Translations under genes and position numbers: made by a program | Virus record (IMG/VR): IMGVR_UViG_3300011242_000003 | Coordinates: 82,795 to 146,794 of that record | Strand: one strand, 5' to 3' | Origin: a virus | Lineage: Duplodnaviria > Caudoviricetes | Length of the DNA: 64,000 nucleotides | Part shown: piece after piece, positions 1-9,661 of the stretch | How the letters are laid out: every line of letters starts with the position of its first letter | How positions within the stretch are numbered: position 1 is the first letter of the stretch | Notes under the pieces: generated by a model | Told to the model about the DNA's origin: nothing | Database searches by the model: none | The model's input: the letters and a program-made list of their open reading frames with translations, nothing else

Positions 1-48
1 AGTTTAGATAGCAATTATAATTATTGATATGAGAAAGAGGTTTATAAA

Positions 49-312
49 ATGGTAGTAGTAAATTGTGGAGTAGAACAATTAATGCAGATGATAGAAGAAC
101 AGGACGTAGAGGTTGTTATGATTAATTATTTATTATCTCCTGACGGAAAGATTTGTAATAATTATACGATAATGAATGTGGAGAAGGGTAGCAAAGTTTG
201 GTTTGAAAATTGTTTAATTGTTTATAGGAAGATGGTAAAAGATGAAAAGGCTTACCCTATGTTTGGTACGATTGTTTATGATGAAGCTGAAATTAAAAGG
301 ATAAATGGTTGA
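49..312 (+). CDS. hypothetical protein
   Basis: ORF with GAGG RBS. Confidence 0.7.
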   Translation: MVVVNCGVEQLMQMIEEQDVEVVMINYLLSPDGKICNNYTIMNVEKGSKVWFENCLIVYRKMVKDEKAYPMFGTIVYDEAEIKRING

Positions 313-386
313 GAATAAATTCGCAATTTTAAAAGGGAATACTTCTCTTTTAAATAAATCAATAGAATAAAATATTAAAAATAGTG

Positions 387-415
387 TTGACAATATATAG
401 AATCAGTGGTAATAT
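387..415 (+). promoter_or_regulatory. sigma-A-type promoter
   Basis: TTGACA-N17-TAATAT with TG extension; box B upstream. Confidence 0.7.
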
Positions 416-440
416 TAATATTGTAAGGGAGATGATGAAA

Positions 441-902
441 ATGAGTAGAATTAAAATCTCAATGAATCAAAGCAGTAGTGGATGGAATACACTTATGAAA
501 AAATACTATATAAGCTTTCAAGTAACAAAAGATAATGAAGAGTTTTATCATGTATTTTTAAATCATGGGAAATTTAATGAAGAAGATACTGTGTTTATCA
601 GTCTTTTTAAGTTGGCAGATGAAGAATTCTTAATAGAAAACAATATTGATTATATAGTTGATAAAGACAATAATATAATACCAATTGGCATTATTGATTT
701 TCAACAACAGGATAAGAGATGTTGTGAAGATGTGTTTCGATGTATTGTTACAAGTAAAGATGAATTGTATAAATGTAATGAAATTATAGACAATATAGTT
801 AAGGCAATTAAGATAAAATATAAAAGTGAAAAATTCATAGATATGTTTAATACAAGCAAACATAATTCAATTAATTTAGTTAAAGAAATAGGCTTAGAGT
901 AA
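441..902 (+). CDS. hypothetical protein
   Basis: ORF 384..902; likely start at ATG 441 after AGGGAG. Confidence 0.7.
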   Translation: MSRIKISMNQSSSGWNTLMKKYYISFQVTKDNEEFYHVFLNHGKFNEEDTVFISLFKLADEEFLIENNIDYIVDKDNNIIPIGIIDFQQQDKRCCEDVFRCIVTSKDELYKCNEIIDNIVKAIKIKYKSEKFIDMFNTSKHNSINLVKEIGLE

Positions 903-989
903 TAACTAATTACACAAAAGATAAACCTCTTTTGAGGTAAGTTAAATCAATAAATAAATATGTACTAATATAAAGCATATAGAGGTGAA

Positions 990-1373
990 ATGATGATATC
1001 AAAAATAATATGGAAAATCATGAGACATTTTGAAGATAAGTTAACTGTATATATAATTCAAGACGAGTATAAAAATAACAGAATTTTTATTCCAAATAAA
1101 AAACAAAGTGAATGGAAAATATCTTATGTGGAAAAAACAAATTATGGAGTAGAGATATCTGGTAATATGTTATATGATGATTTTATATATAAAATTATAC
1201 CTATGAAACCATATAATTTTTATAATACATACCCCGATAAAGAAAATAATTCAGTTTATAAACTATATGGGAAATTAAGAGAACAGTATAAACCAAATGC
1301 AAAAGAATGTATTAATATGGTTTCAAATTTTCTATTTTTTATTATAGGTTTAATAATAGGAATTATTTTTTAA
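990..1373 (+). CDS. hypothetical protein with C-terminal TM helix
   Basis: RBS GAGGTG; hydrophobic C-terminus FLFFIIGLIIGIIF. Confidence 0.7.
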   Translation: MMISKIIWKIMRHFEDKLTVYIIQDEYKNNRIFIPNKKQSEWKISYVEKTNYGVEISGNMLYDDFIYKIIPMKPYNFYNTYPDKENNSVYKLYGKLREQYKPNAKECINMVSNFLFFIIGLIIGIIF

Positions 1374-1459
1374 TAATCAAATAAAACAAATATTTTAAAA
1401 GGATAATATATTAAATTTAAGGAGAAAATATGGATTTAATCGTGGGAGAGTGAGATTAT

Positions 1460-1852
1460 ATGATTAAAGGATTGGGAACAGAACACTATTCAGTAAAACA
1501 AAATGAATTAGCTAGTAATTTTGTAGACTTGCATTGGAAAGAAGATGACAGCTATAGCACTATACCTATTGAAGATTTAGATGAGATTGTAGAGCTAATT
1601 CAAAGTTATAAAAAATATGTATTAAAAGAAACTCCTAAATATCCATTCATGGAATGTACAAACAAATGGATGACTAAAAATGGAGAAGAATTAGAGTTAG
1701 CAAGTATGACTAGAAAACACTTAAAAAATTGTAAATCAATGATAGAAAGTATCTGCCATGATGAAAAGTTAAATGCAACAGATTATATTATATATAATAA
1801 TATAGTAGAGGAATTAAATATCAAAAATATGGAACGATTTAATAGATATTAG
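1460..1852 (+). CDS. hypothetical protein
   Basis: ORF with GGAG RBS. Confidence 0.7.
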   Translation: MIKGLGTEHYSVKQNELASNFVDLHWKEDDSYSTIPIEDLDEIVELIQSYKKYVLKETPKYPFMECTNKWMTKNGEELELASMTRKHLKNCKSMIESICHDEKLNATDYIIYNNIVEELNIKNMERFNRY

Positions 1853-1865
1853 AGGTGAAAAGTAA

Positions 1866-2282
1866 ATGGAATTTATAAGTGCAGAAGAATTTTTAAAACA
1901 GCCTGTAGAAGTCCGAGAAGTATTTATAGAGTGGTGGAAGCCGAGTGTGGGAGATTTATATTGTAATTTGTATAATGGTCAGCAGGACAATATTTTAGTT
2001 GTAAATAATGTTCAGTTAGAATTATTTAAGACATTTTCAAATGATATTAAAAGATATGGAGTGATTTTATTCACAGAAGGTCAGCTTAGAAAGCTTATTG
2101 AGGATAAGACAGGATATCATTTAGAAATTTCAGCAGAAATTGGGACAGGACGTTATGTAGCTGATTTCTACAAAAATAATAAATCTAACAGATGCGGAAG
2201 AAAGATGATTAAAACACTGGAAACGGATTTACTTCAAGCATATTGGGAAATAGCTTGTGAGATAGCAAAGGAGAGCATATAA
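1866..2282 (+). CDS. hypothetical phage protein
   Basis: RBS GAGGTG; stop codon is the left arm of box A 2280. Confidence 0.75.
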   Translation: MEFISAEEFLKQPVEVREVFIEWWKPSVGDLYCNLYNGQQDNILVVNNVQLELFKTFSNDIKRYGVILFTEGQLRKLIEDKTGYHLEISAEIGTGRYVADFYKNNKSNRCGRKMIKTLETDLLQAYWEIACEIAKESI

Positions 2283-2315
2283 AAAGTAAATTTTAAGCGA
2301 ATTGGAAGTGATATT

Positions 2316-2525
2316 ATGGAATTAAAATTAAGTTGTGTTTGTTGTGGAAACACAGAGTTTTCCACGGAAATGGGGATAATAACAACTAATTTAACCAATG
2401 ATTGTTCACATACACATAATGTAAATATAGTAAAAGATAATAAAATTATATGTAGTAAATGTGGATTAGAAGACTATATTAAAAATTTAGAAATTAAAAT
2501 TTGTTATCAAGAGGAGTGTGAATAA
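2316..2525 (+). CDS. small zinc-ribbon protein
   Basis: CVCCG...CSKCG. Confidence 0.65.
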   Translation: MELKLSCVCCGNTEFSTEMGIITTNLTNDCSHTHNVNIVKDNKIICSKCGLEDYIKNLEIKICYQEECE

Positions 2526-2899
2526 TGAGTAATTTAGTAAAAGGTGTAGAAATAAATATTGAAATAGGAACAGGTAAAATCGACGAAACCATAGCAGAAG
2601 AAATAAGAAAGAATCTTGTAAACGACATTAATGATTTAATTAAAGAATGTTACAATACATATAATAATGCGTGTTTAATTAGAAGCACGTTGACAACTAA
2701 TGCATTGACTATAGGTGATTTTAAAGTAGGAGATACTGTAAAATTTGTTAAGGTAGTAGGGGTAGATTCAAAAGTATCGCTAGGAAGCGTAGGAAAAATT
2801 GTAGAAATAAATAAAGGTTTAGAATATCCTATATATTGTGATATAGATGATGAACCTCATTATGGATTTAAACCTGAAGAGTTAGAGTTAGTTGATTAA
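2525..2899 (+). CDS. hypothetical protein, C-terminal SH3/KOW-like domain
   Basis: FKVGDTVKFV...FKPEELELV; RBS GAGGAG. Confidence 0.65.
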   Translation: MSNLVKGVEINIEIGTGKIDETIAEEIRKNLVNDINDLIKECYNTYNNACLIRSTLTTNALTIGDFKVGDTVKFVKVVGVDSKVSLGSVGKIVEINKGLEYPIYCDIDDEPHYGFKPEELELVD

Positions 2900-2908
2900 A
2901 AGGAAGGT

Positions 2909-3235
2909 GTGATAAAGATGATTTTAAACTGTCAAGAATATATGAATTGGAAAAAAGAAAATACATATGACAATCTTATGGATTTAGTTGCTGATTACAA
3001 GAGAAATTTTAATACACAAATTAAACTTATTACAGGACACAATGATGTAGGTTATAGTACAGCTTATAACACAGTGTCAATAAGATTTACAGATGAAACA
3101 GAATTAGAGTTAAATGTCCACGAATATATAAGTAAAGATAGAGGTGTTAAATATAGCATAAAAGTTGATTACAAAGGTAATAAAGAAGATTTTATATGTT
3201 TGGCAGAACTAATAGATAGTTATGTAGACTTATAA
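2909..3235 (+). CDS. hypothetical protein
   Basis: ORF with RBS; ends in box A 3233. Confidence 0.7.
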   Translation: MIKMILNCQEYMNWKKENTYDNLMDLVADYKRNFNTQIKLITGHNDVGYSTAYNTVSIRFTDETELELNVHEYISKDRGVKYSIKVDYKGNKEDFICLAELIDSYVDL

Positions 3236-3287
3236 AAGTATGATTTTATAAGAATAAAATATTAAAAATATAAGAGAGGATAATTTA

Positions 3288-4184
3288 ATGAGAAATAATG
3301 AAGTTCAACTTTGGATAGCTTTAGATAAAAATAAGAATTATATATTTATCGAAAATGCAATTCAAGGTGAAGATTATTATTGTCCTTCATGCGGAGGTAT
3401 TGTAAGAGCTAGGGCAATAAATTCTAATTTAGTCACAGAACATTTTTATCATATAAACAGATGTAATTGTAATGGTGGAGAATCTTCTTTGCATTTATAT
3501 TGGAAAAATAATTTAATAAATATAGGAGAAGAAATATACCTACCAACAATTGGAAATATTACTTGTATTGACAAAAGAATAGAATTTACTTTTAACACTA
3601 AAGATGGAATATATAGACCTGATTTAATTATCAAAACAGATAATCCTAATAATAGATTTATTATATTTGAAATATATAATACTAACAAAAAGAATATTAG
3701 TGAATATGAAGATATATGGAATGAACTGAAATATCCTGTTTTTGAAATCGATGTTAAGAATTTAAGAAAAAACAAAGATAACTTAAATGAGGAACTAACA
3801 TTATTATATGATAGAAACAAAGAATATTTTATAAAGAATTCTAAAATGATTATAGGACAGTTATACAATAAATTAACTGAAAGGATAGAGAACAAAAATA
3901 TTGAAATACCTAGGGATATTCAAAAAATGATAGATTTAGGATTTGTAAGTGAGATTGAAATTATTAATAAGATAAAGTCTTACCCATACAAACGTAAATA
4001 CCCTTTTGATGAAGGTATATTGAACCAATATTCTTATATATTTGAAAATAACTTAAATGTAAAAATGAGTATTGATAACCTAAAAATGATGCTAACTAAA
4101 CAATGGTGGAGCAAAAATACATATAAAGACATCGTAATACCACTATTAAATATACATAATGAATTAGAAATATACGTGCAATAA
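3288..4184 (+). CDS. CoiA-like zinc-ribbon / PD-(D/E)XK nuclease
   Basis: YYCPSCGG...HFYH...GESSLH...YRPDL...IFEIY. Confidence 0.65.
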   Translation: MRNNEVQLWIALDKNKNYIFIENAIQGEDYYCPSCGGIVRARAINSNLVTEHFYHINRCNCNGGESSLHLYWKNNLINIGEEIYLPTIGNITCIDKRIEFTFNTKDGIYRPDLIIKTDNPNNRFIIFEIYNTNKKNISEYEDIWNELKYPVFEIDVKNLRKNKDNLNEELTLLYDRNKEYFIKNSKMIIGQLYNKLTERIENKNIEIPRDIQKMIDLGFVSEIEIINKIKSYPYKRKYPFDEGILNQYSYIFENNLNVKMSIDNLKMMLTKQWWSKNTYKDIVIPLLNIHNELEIYVQ

Positions 4185-4237
4185 AGTTGGGATTTTAATT
4201 TCTTAATAATTTAAGTAAAATAATATATTAAAAAGTG

Positions 4238-4266
4238 TTTACAAAGTAAAACATATATGTTATTAT
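4238..4266 (+). promoter_or_regulatory. sigma-A-type promoter
   Basis: TTTACA-N17-TATTAT, TG extension, box B 5 nt upstream. Confidence 0.65.
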
Positions 4267-4304
4267 AAAAGAGTAGTAAGAATACTACAGATTGGAAGTG
4301 AGAA

Positions 4305-4880
4305 ATGAATAAGTTAAATCTAATATGTAGAGAGTTTATAAGTGTAAATCACTATATGTCGTATCGAGCAGTTAAAAAAGGAAAAGGAACAATGGTTATG
4401 GCATATAAACCTAAAGAAACTAAAGATTTTGAGAAATTATTTGGAAAATACATAAGAGAAGAAATTGAGAAACAAGGATGGATTAAACCATCTAAGGGCA
4501 AATTAATAATAATGGATACTATATTTTACTTCGACAGAACTGACAGAGATGCACAAAACTACTTTAAATCAATATGTGATATTGCAACAGAATGTGGTGT
4601 ATGGGAAGATGATAATATAGTAATGGAAAGAGTTAATAGAATATATTATGACTCAAATAATCCTAGAATTGAAATAGAAATTTATGAGTCAGAATTCAAT
4701 GGTATATTTGATAATGATGAAGAAATGAATACATACATAGAAAAATGTAGCCAATGTAATAGATATAAAAGAAATTGTAGTATACTTAATAAAGCATTAG
4801 AAGGAAGAATACAAGAAGAAGTTATTAAGGATGAAAATAATAAATGGAATTGTATTAAATTTAAAAGCCCTATGAAATAA
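4305..4880 (+). CDS. rusA: RusA-family Holliday junction resolvase
   Basis: SVNHY; DRDAQNYFKSICD; WEDDN; NPRIEIEI. Confidence 0.8.
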   Translation: MNKLNLICREFISVNHYMSYRAVKKGKGTMVMAYKPKETKDFEKLFGKYIREEIEKQGWIKPSKGKLIIMDTIFYFDRTDRDAQNYFKSICDIATECGVWEDDNIVMERVNRIYYDSNNPRIEIEIYESEFNGIFDNDEEMNTYIEKCSQCNRYKRNCSILNKALEGRIQEEVIKDENNKWNCIKFKSPMK

Positions 4881-4906
4881 AATATTAAATTAGGAAGAAG
4901 GATATT

Positions 4907-5380
4907 ATGGAAAACTCAGAGCAACTTCAAGATTGTTTATCAAGACTTGAAGAAATAGCTAAGACTACTGAGGGTATGGCAATATCAAACGAAGAAAGAG
5001 CATCAAATATAGCATTATTACTGGAACATTCAAAAGTTACACAAAAGAAGATTAAACAATTAGATGAAGTATTGTTACAGATAGGCAAAATGTCAGATGG
5101 CTTACATATGTTATCTATTAATACATCTATAGAATCAGCTCATACAGATGCACCCGCCGTTGGTGTTATCGCAACTGAAATGAGAAAAATGAGCGAACAT
5201 TATAGCGAATACAGAAAAGAATTACAAAAACTATCTGATGATATAGAAGATGGTATAAAGGAACTAGTTGATAAATTAGAAATATCAAGTGCGGGTGTTT
5301 TAGATACAAGTGCTAATTTAGAAGAGCTAACTGCTTGTACGGAGGAATTAGTGGCTACTTTAGAAGATATAATTAGGTAG
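4907..5380 (+). CDS. cytoplasmic methyl-accepting chemotaxis signalling-domain-like protein
   Basis: LSINTSIESAH...GVIATEMRKMSE resembles the MCP hairpin LALNAAIEAAR...AVVADEVRKLAE; SANLEELTACTEEL resembles a methylation helix. Confidence 0.7.
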   Translation: MENSEQLQDCLSRLEEIAKTTEGMAISNEERASNIALLLEHSKVTQKKIKQLDEVLLQIGKMSDGLHMLSINTSIESAHTDAPAVGVIATEMRKMSEHYSEYRKELQKLSDDIEDGIKELVDKLEISSAGVLDTSANLEELTACTEELVATLEDIIR

Positions 5381-5401
5381 TTAAAAAAGGAGAGATAAGA
5401 A

Positions 5402-5812
5402 ATGATTAAAGATTGTGAAACTTGTATACATAATAGAGGTGGAATTAATTGTGGTCTTAAACCTAAATATAATGATTATAAACTAGAAATGGAACAGTTA
5501 ATTGAAAAATGGGGAGAAAATAATGGATTTGGGTTTTCATTGGATTGTCCATCGTGGTATGAAGAGCCTAGTAAAATTAAAGTTACTAATGATGTAAAAG
5601 GTATTAATGATTGGTTTGAAAAAGAAAAGAATATAATTTTCAAAGCTGAAGATATAAACATTAAGCCTATGGAAATTAAATTTGGCAAAGAGTTAGAATG
5701 CACATGTTGTATAGAAAATGAAAATGTAAAAGATAGAAATGTTGATTGGGTAATTGCATTACCTGAAGAAATTTTGAAAAGTGTGCGAGATGGAAAATAC
5801 ATGAATCATTAA
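5402..5812 (+). CDS. hypothetical Cys-containing protein
   Basis: RBS GGAG; ends in box A 5810. Confidence 0.7.
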   Translation: MIKDCETCIHNRGGINCGLKPKYNDYKLEMEQLIEKWGENNGFGFSLDCPSWYEEPSKIKVTNDVKGINDWFEKEKNIIFKAEDINIKPMEIKFGKELECTCCIENENVKDRNVDWVIALPEEILKSVRDGKYMNH

Positions 5813-5860
5813 AACAAGAGTTTTAAAAGTAAAATATTAAAAAGAAAGAAGGAATTGTTA

Positions 5861-6148
5861 ATGAAAAGACAAATTAGAAGAGGAGTTTTTGAGACCAATT
5901 CAAGTTCAACACACAGTATTACAATGTGTTCCAAAGAAGAATATGAAAGATGGGAAAAAGGAGAGCTATTATTGAGTTATTGGAGAGATGAATTTGTAGA
6001 AGCAACTGATGAGAATAAAGAGGATGAAGATAATAAAACATATGATGAATATTGGGATGATTGTGAATTTGAAACATATGAGAACTCATACACAACTAAA
6101 AGTGGTGAAAAAGTAATAGCCTTTGGATATTACGGTATAGATAATTAA
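5861..6148 (+). CDS. small acidic protein with FETNSSSTHS motif, adjacent to the radical SAM gene
   Basis: RRGVFETNSSSTHSITMC; ATG 5861. Confidence 0.75.
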   Translation: MKRQIRRGVFETNSSSTHSITMCSKEEYERWEKGELLLSYWRDEFVEATDENKEDEDNKTYDEYWDDCEFETYENSYTTKSGEKVIAFGYYGIDN

Positions 6149-6172
6149 TTAAATTAGAGAGGGTGAGATAAT

Positions 6173-7057
6173 ATGAGATTAATAGGAGATTACATAAACG
6201 GAAATTATACAGTAAAAATATTTGATGATGGTACAAAAGTTAGAGAAACTAATGAAGATGAATTTAAAGCTAAATTTCCTGAGAGTATGGATGTTAAAAT
6301 AACTAATTATTGTGATATGAATTGTCCAATGTGTCATGAAGGTTCTACTACTGAAGGTAAGCATGGTGATTTATTAAATGTAGATTTTATAAATACATTG
6401 CATCCATATACCGAATTAGCTTTAGGAGGAGGTAACCCATTATCTCACCCACAATTAATTGAGTTTTTAAAGATATGTAGAAGTAAAAGAATTATAGTTA
6501 ACATGACAGTAAATCAAAAACATTTCATGAATGAGCAGGAATATATACAGCTTTTGATTGACCATAAACTAATAACGAGTCTAGGAGTTTCATTGACAAA
6601 TGTAACCGATGAATTTATAAAGACTATTCAACAATATCCTAATATAGTTTTACATATAATAAATGGCATGATAAGAATTGAAGATTTAAAGAAATTATAT
6701 GATAAAAACATTAAAGTATTGATATTAGGTTATAAACAATTTAGAAGAGGAATTGTTAATTATAAGAATAATGGTGAAAATATAGAAGACCTCAAAGCTG
6801 AATTATACAATGAGTTAGAAAATGCTATAAATCACTTAAAGGCAGTTAGTTTTGATAACTTGGCAATAAAACAATTAGAAGTAAAGAGATTAATGTCTCA
6901 AGAAGAATGGGGCGAATTCTACATGGGTGATGATGGAAAGTTCACGATGTATGTTGATTTAGTTGAACAGAAATATGCTAGAAGTTCTATATCTGAAAAA
7001 AGATATGATTTATTAAATAACATAGATGATATGTTTGAAATTATATTAAAAGAATAA
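6173..7057 (+). CDS. radical SAM protein
   Basis: CxxxCxxC (CDMNCPMC); ALGGGNPLSHP. Confidence 0.9.
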   Translation: MRLIGDYINGNYTVKIFDDGTKVRETNEDEFKAKFPESMDVKITNYCDMNCPMCHEGSTTEGKHGDLLNVDFINTLHPYTELALGGGNPLSHPQLIEFLKICRSKRIIVNMTVNQKHFMNEQEYIQLLIDHKLITSLGVSLTNVTDEFIKTIQQYPNIVLHIINGMIRIEDLKKLYDKNIKVLILGYKQFRRGIVNYKNNGENIEDLKAELYNELENAINHLKAVSFDNLAIKQLEVKRLMSQEEWGEFYMGDDGKFTMYVDLVEQKYARSSISEKRYDLLNNIDDMFEIILKE

Positions 7058-7153
7058 AATGAAAAATTTAATGGAATGATTTGTAAGTATGGTTATTGCT
7101 ATTTTGGAAAAGACCACTAAGTAATTTTATTATATGACGAAGGGGAGATATTG

Positions 7154-7343
7154 ATGGAAGAAGTAAGACCTAAATGGGGGCATAGGAATAGACGATAATT
7201 GGGGAAGTTTTCTTATAGGTGCAAATATCAATATAGGTAATTGGAATGGTTTTAGATATGGTTATATTTGCATTTACTTAGGATTTAAAACTTTGATAAT
7301 TGGAAAAGATGCGACTTTTGACAAAACAAATAGAAATGATTAA
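7154..7343 (+). pseudogene. 62-aa gene split by an extra G in a G5 run (7176-7180)
   Basis: RBS AGGGGAG, then MEEVRPKWG; the frame reopens as IGIDDNWGSFLIG...NRND* if one G is removed. Confidence 0.55.
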
Positions 7344-7384
7344 ATATATAATTCAAAGATATTATATATGAGGAGGAATTAATA

Positions 7385-7738
7385 ATGGGAAAAGTAAAAA
7401 TATCAACATTGTCAAAAGACACTACAATTCTTATAGATGGAGATTGTAGGGTAACCACTGTGGAAAATGTACTTGATAATTTAGATAATTATAAGGATAG
7501 GGAAATGTATACTACAACACCGTATAAGGCTAGTTTTAATGCAAAAGAGATAATAGATGATGCTATAGAGTATGTACAGTGTAACGATATGTATGAAGAT
7601 TGGGATGAAAGAATATATGATGATGTAACTGAGGAAGATATAAAAGATGTTCAAACTGTATTCGATAGAATATTGGCTAGGAGTCCAAGTCAAAACATCA
7701 GTTATATAGCAGATAAATTAATAGAATTTGATATATAG
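7385..7738 (+). CDS. hypothetical protein
   Basis: RBS GAGGAGG. Confidence 0.75.
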   Translation: MGKVKISTLSKDTTILIDGDCRVTTVENVLDNLDNYKDREMYTTTPYKASFNAKEIIDDAIEYVQCNDMYEDWDERIYDDVTEEDIKDVQTVFDRILARSPSQNISYIADKLIEFDI

Positions 7739-7777
7739 ATAATTTGTAGATAAAGTGATAAGAAAGGAAGCATATAA

Positions 7778-8002
7778 ATGGAGGTAGGATTTAGTTACGG
7801 AGTATTATGTGGTGAACTTGAGAAACAAGCAAATGAACAAGGTTTTACATTCGGTGAAGATATGGAATTTATTGAAAGTTTAAGAAAGGCTTACAATATG
7901 GGTTGTTTTTATTTTCTTACAGACAAACAAAAAGATATGGCTATTAAGAAAGTTCATAAAGAGGTAGTAAAACGATTAAAGCCGTTAAAAAAGATTAATT
8001 AA
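7778..8002 (+). CDS. hypothetical protein
   Basis: RBS AAGGA. Confidence 0.7.
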   Translation: MEVGFSYGVLCGELEKQANEQGFTFGEDMEFIESLRKAYNMGCFYFLTDKQKDMAIKKVHKEVVKRLKPLKKIN

Positions 8003-8026
8003 AAAATAAATAAATTATAAAGGAAG

Positions 8027-8440
8027 GTGAAAAATATGGCTAAAGACTATTTATGTAAAGACTGTGAATTTAACAATAATGGATGGTGTAAAAAGAGAAA
8101 AATACAAGGATTAAAAGATATTGTCGTATGTGAATTTAAACCAAGCCCAACGTCAATAGAGGATGAAGAATTTGATAGTGGAATGTATAAACAATTTGGT
8201 AAAAGAGAAATGTTCCATAATGTTCAAATGCAAATGATAGGTATTGATAGAGATGACTCTGTAGAGGATAAATTTAAAATATTAAAACAGGTTATGGTTA
8301 ATTTAGAACAAATGTTACAAGCAGAAGAAAGTATTCATGGAATAGCAATAGAATATTCAGTTGATGAAGATATTCACAAAGATAGCATTGCAATAAGCAA
8401 TGAATGGCTTAATGAAGTAGGACAATATAAGGGAGATTAA
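8027..8440 (+). CDS. hypothetical protein, N-terminal Cys cluster
   Basis: CKDC...C...C. Confidence 0.7.
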   Translation: MKNMAKDYLCKDCEFNNNGWCKKRKIQGLKDIVVCEFKPSPTSIEDEEFDSGMYKQFGKREMFHNVQMQMIGIDRDDSVEDKFKILKQVMVNLEQMLQAEESIHGIAIEYSVDEDIHKDSIAISNEWLNEVGQYKGD

Positions 8441-8442
8441 AA

Positions 8443-8616
8443 ATGAATAAAATAATTAAAGAAAGAATAGTTAAATCAAAATGTATGGCTGATATGCTAG
8501 TTTGGTTAGGGTTTGAATATGAAAAAGGTGAAGAAGGATATATTTTTGAGAGAACTTATATGTTTGATAATGCTTGGAGAGATATACATTGTTTAAGGCA
8601 AATGTATAGAAAGTAA
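8443..8616 (+). CDS. small hypothetical protein (57 aa, below ORF-track cut-off)
   Basis: RBS GGGAG; MNKIIKERIVKSKCMADML... Confidence 0.65.
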   Translation: MNKIIKERIVKSKCMADMLVWLGFEYEKGEEGYIFERTYMFDNAWRDIHCLRQMYRK

Positions 8617-8629
8617 GGAGAGATTGTAA

Positions 8630-8815
8630 ATGGAAAATAATAAAGGTGTATTAAAATACGAAATAGACACCATCGAAGTGCATAATTTTAATTTAAAAAT
8701 TGATATAATAAATAGTCTTTTGGAAAAAGGATTTGACATTGTAGAAAAGCCTATATTAGAAAAAGGTCAACATATAGGTGCATTATTGACCATATATAGT
8801 GTAGAAAATAAGTAA
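8630..8815 (+). CDS. hypothetical protein
   Basis: RBS AGGAG. Confidence 0.65.
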   Translation: MENNKGVLKYEIDTIEVHNFNLKIDIINSLLEKGFDIVEKPILEKGQHIGALLTIYSVENK

Positions 8816-8822
8816 CTAAACA

Positions 8823-9539
8823 ATGTCTAAGTTCAAAGCAAATATTGTTATTATAATTCTAACCATTGTATTAGGATTTATAGTATTCAATATTATAGGC
8901 GAACTTAGAGAAGAGAAAGTGAGTCAACAAAAGGAAGAGATTATAACAGAAGCAAAAGAAGAAATTAAAGATATGACAGAGGTAATTAAACAACTAGAAA
9001 GTGAAATACATAAGACAAATAAACTATTAGTATTAGAAGGTACTTGCAAATCAGATGTAATCTATTCTGATAAAGATATACATGAAAATACTAATGAGAA
9101 TTTTAAATGGATTAAAAATAAGTTTTCTGAATGGAAATCAAGAGAGCTTAAAGTAAATGCTACATATAATTTTGGATTTACATATAACATGGAGAATGTA
9201 TGGATAGTTACTGAAGGTGAGGACATTATAATTAATCTATCTAAGAATGATATTAGTTTAGAGTATGTAGAATTGGTTAATACCGACTCATTATACACAA
9301 AGAGTATAGGTTGGTTGTCTAAAGGTGATTTTACACCACAAGAGATAAATGTACTACAAGAACGTTGTTGGATTAGTACATTCAATAGTATACAAAGTAA
9401 CACAAAGTATCGTCAACAGGCAATAGAAAGTGTTATGGGCAATCTAAAGGATATGTGTAATAAGTTAGGTGTTGAAGTTGAATTTAAGTATAGTGATATT
9501 GATGTAGTAGAAAATAATGATGCGGAAATACATAATTAA
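8823..9539 (+). CDS. membrane-anchored protein, DUF4230-like
   Basis: N-terminal TM; VNATYNFGFTYNM; ends LGVEVEF. Confidence 0.55.
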   Translation: MSKFKANIVIIILTIVLGFIVFNIIGELREEKVSQQKEEIITEAKEEIKDMTEVIKQLESEIHKTNKLLVLEGTCKSDVIYSDKDIHENTNENFKWIKNKFSEWKSRELKVNATYNFGFTYNMENVWIVTEGEDIIINLSKNDISLEYVELVNTDSLYTKSIGWLSKGDFTPQEINVLQERCWISTFNSIQSNTKYRQQAIESVMGNLKDMCNKLGVEVEFKYSDIDVVENNDAEIHN

Positions 9540-9567
9540 ATTAAGCGAAATAAAATATTAAAAAGTA

Positions 9568-9596
9568 TTGCAATTGAAAAGTAAGCATGATATACT
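9568..9596 (+). promoter_or_regulatory. sigma-A-type promoter
   Basis: TTGCAA-N17-TATACT, TG extension, box B 5 nt upstream. Confidence 0.75.
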
Positions 9597-9661
9597 AAAG
9601 AAGTAGTGAGTAGTTACTACAAAGATTAAGTAAAATAATATATTAAAAAGGAGGGGTTTGT

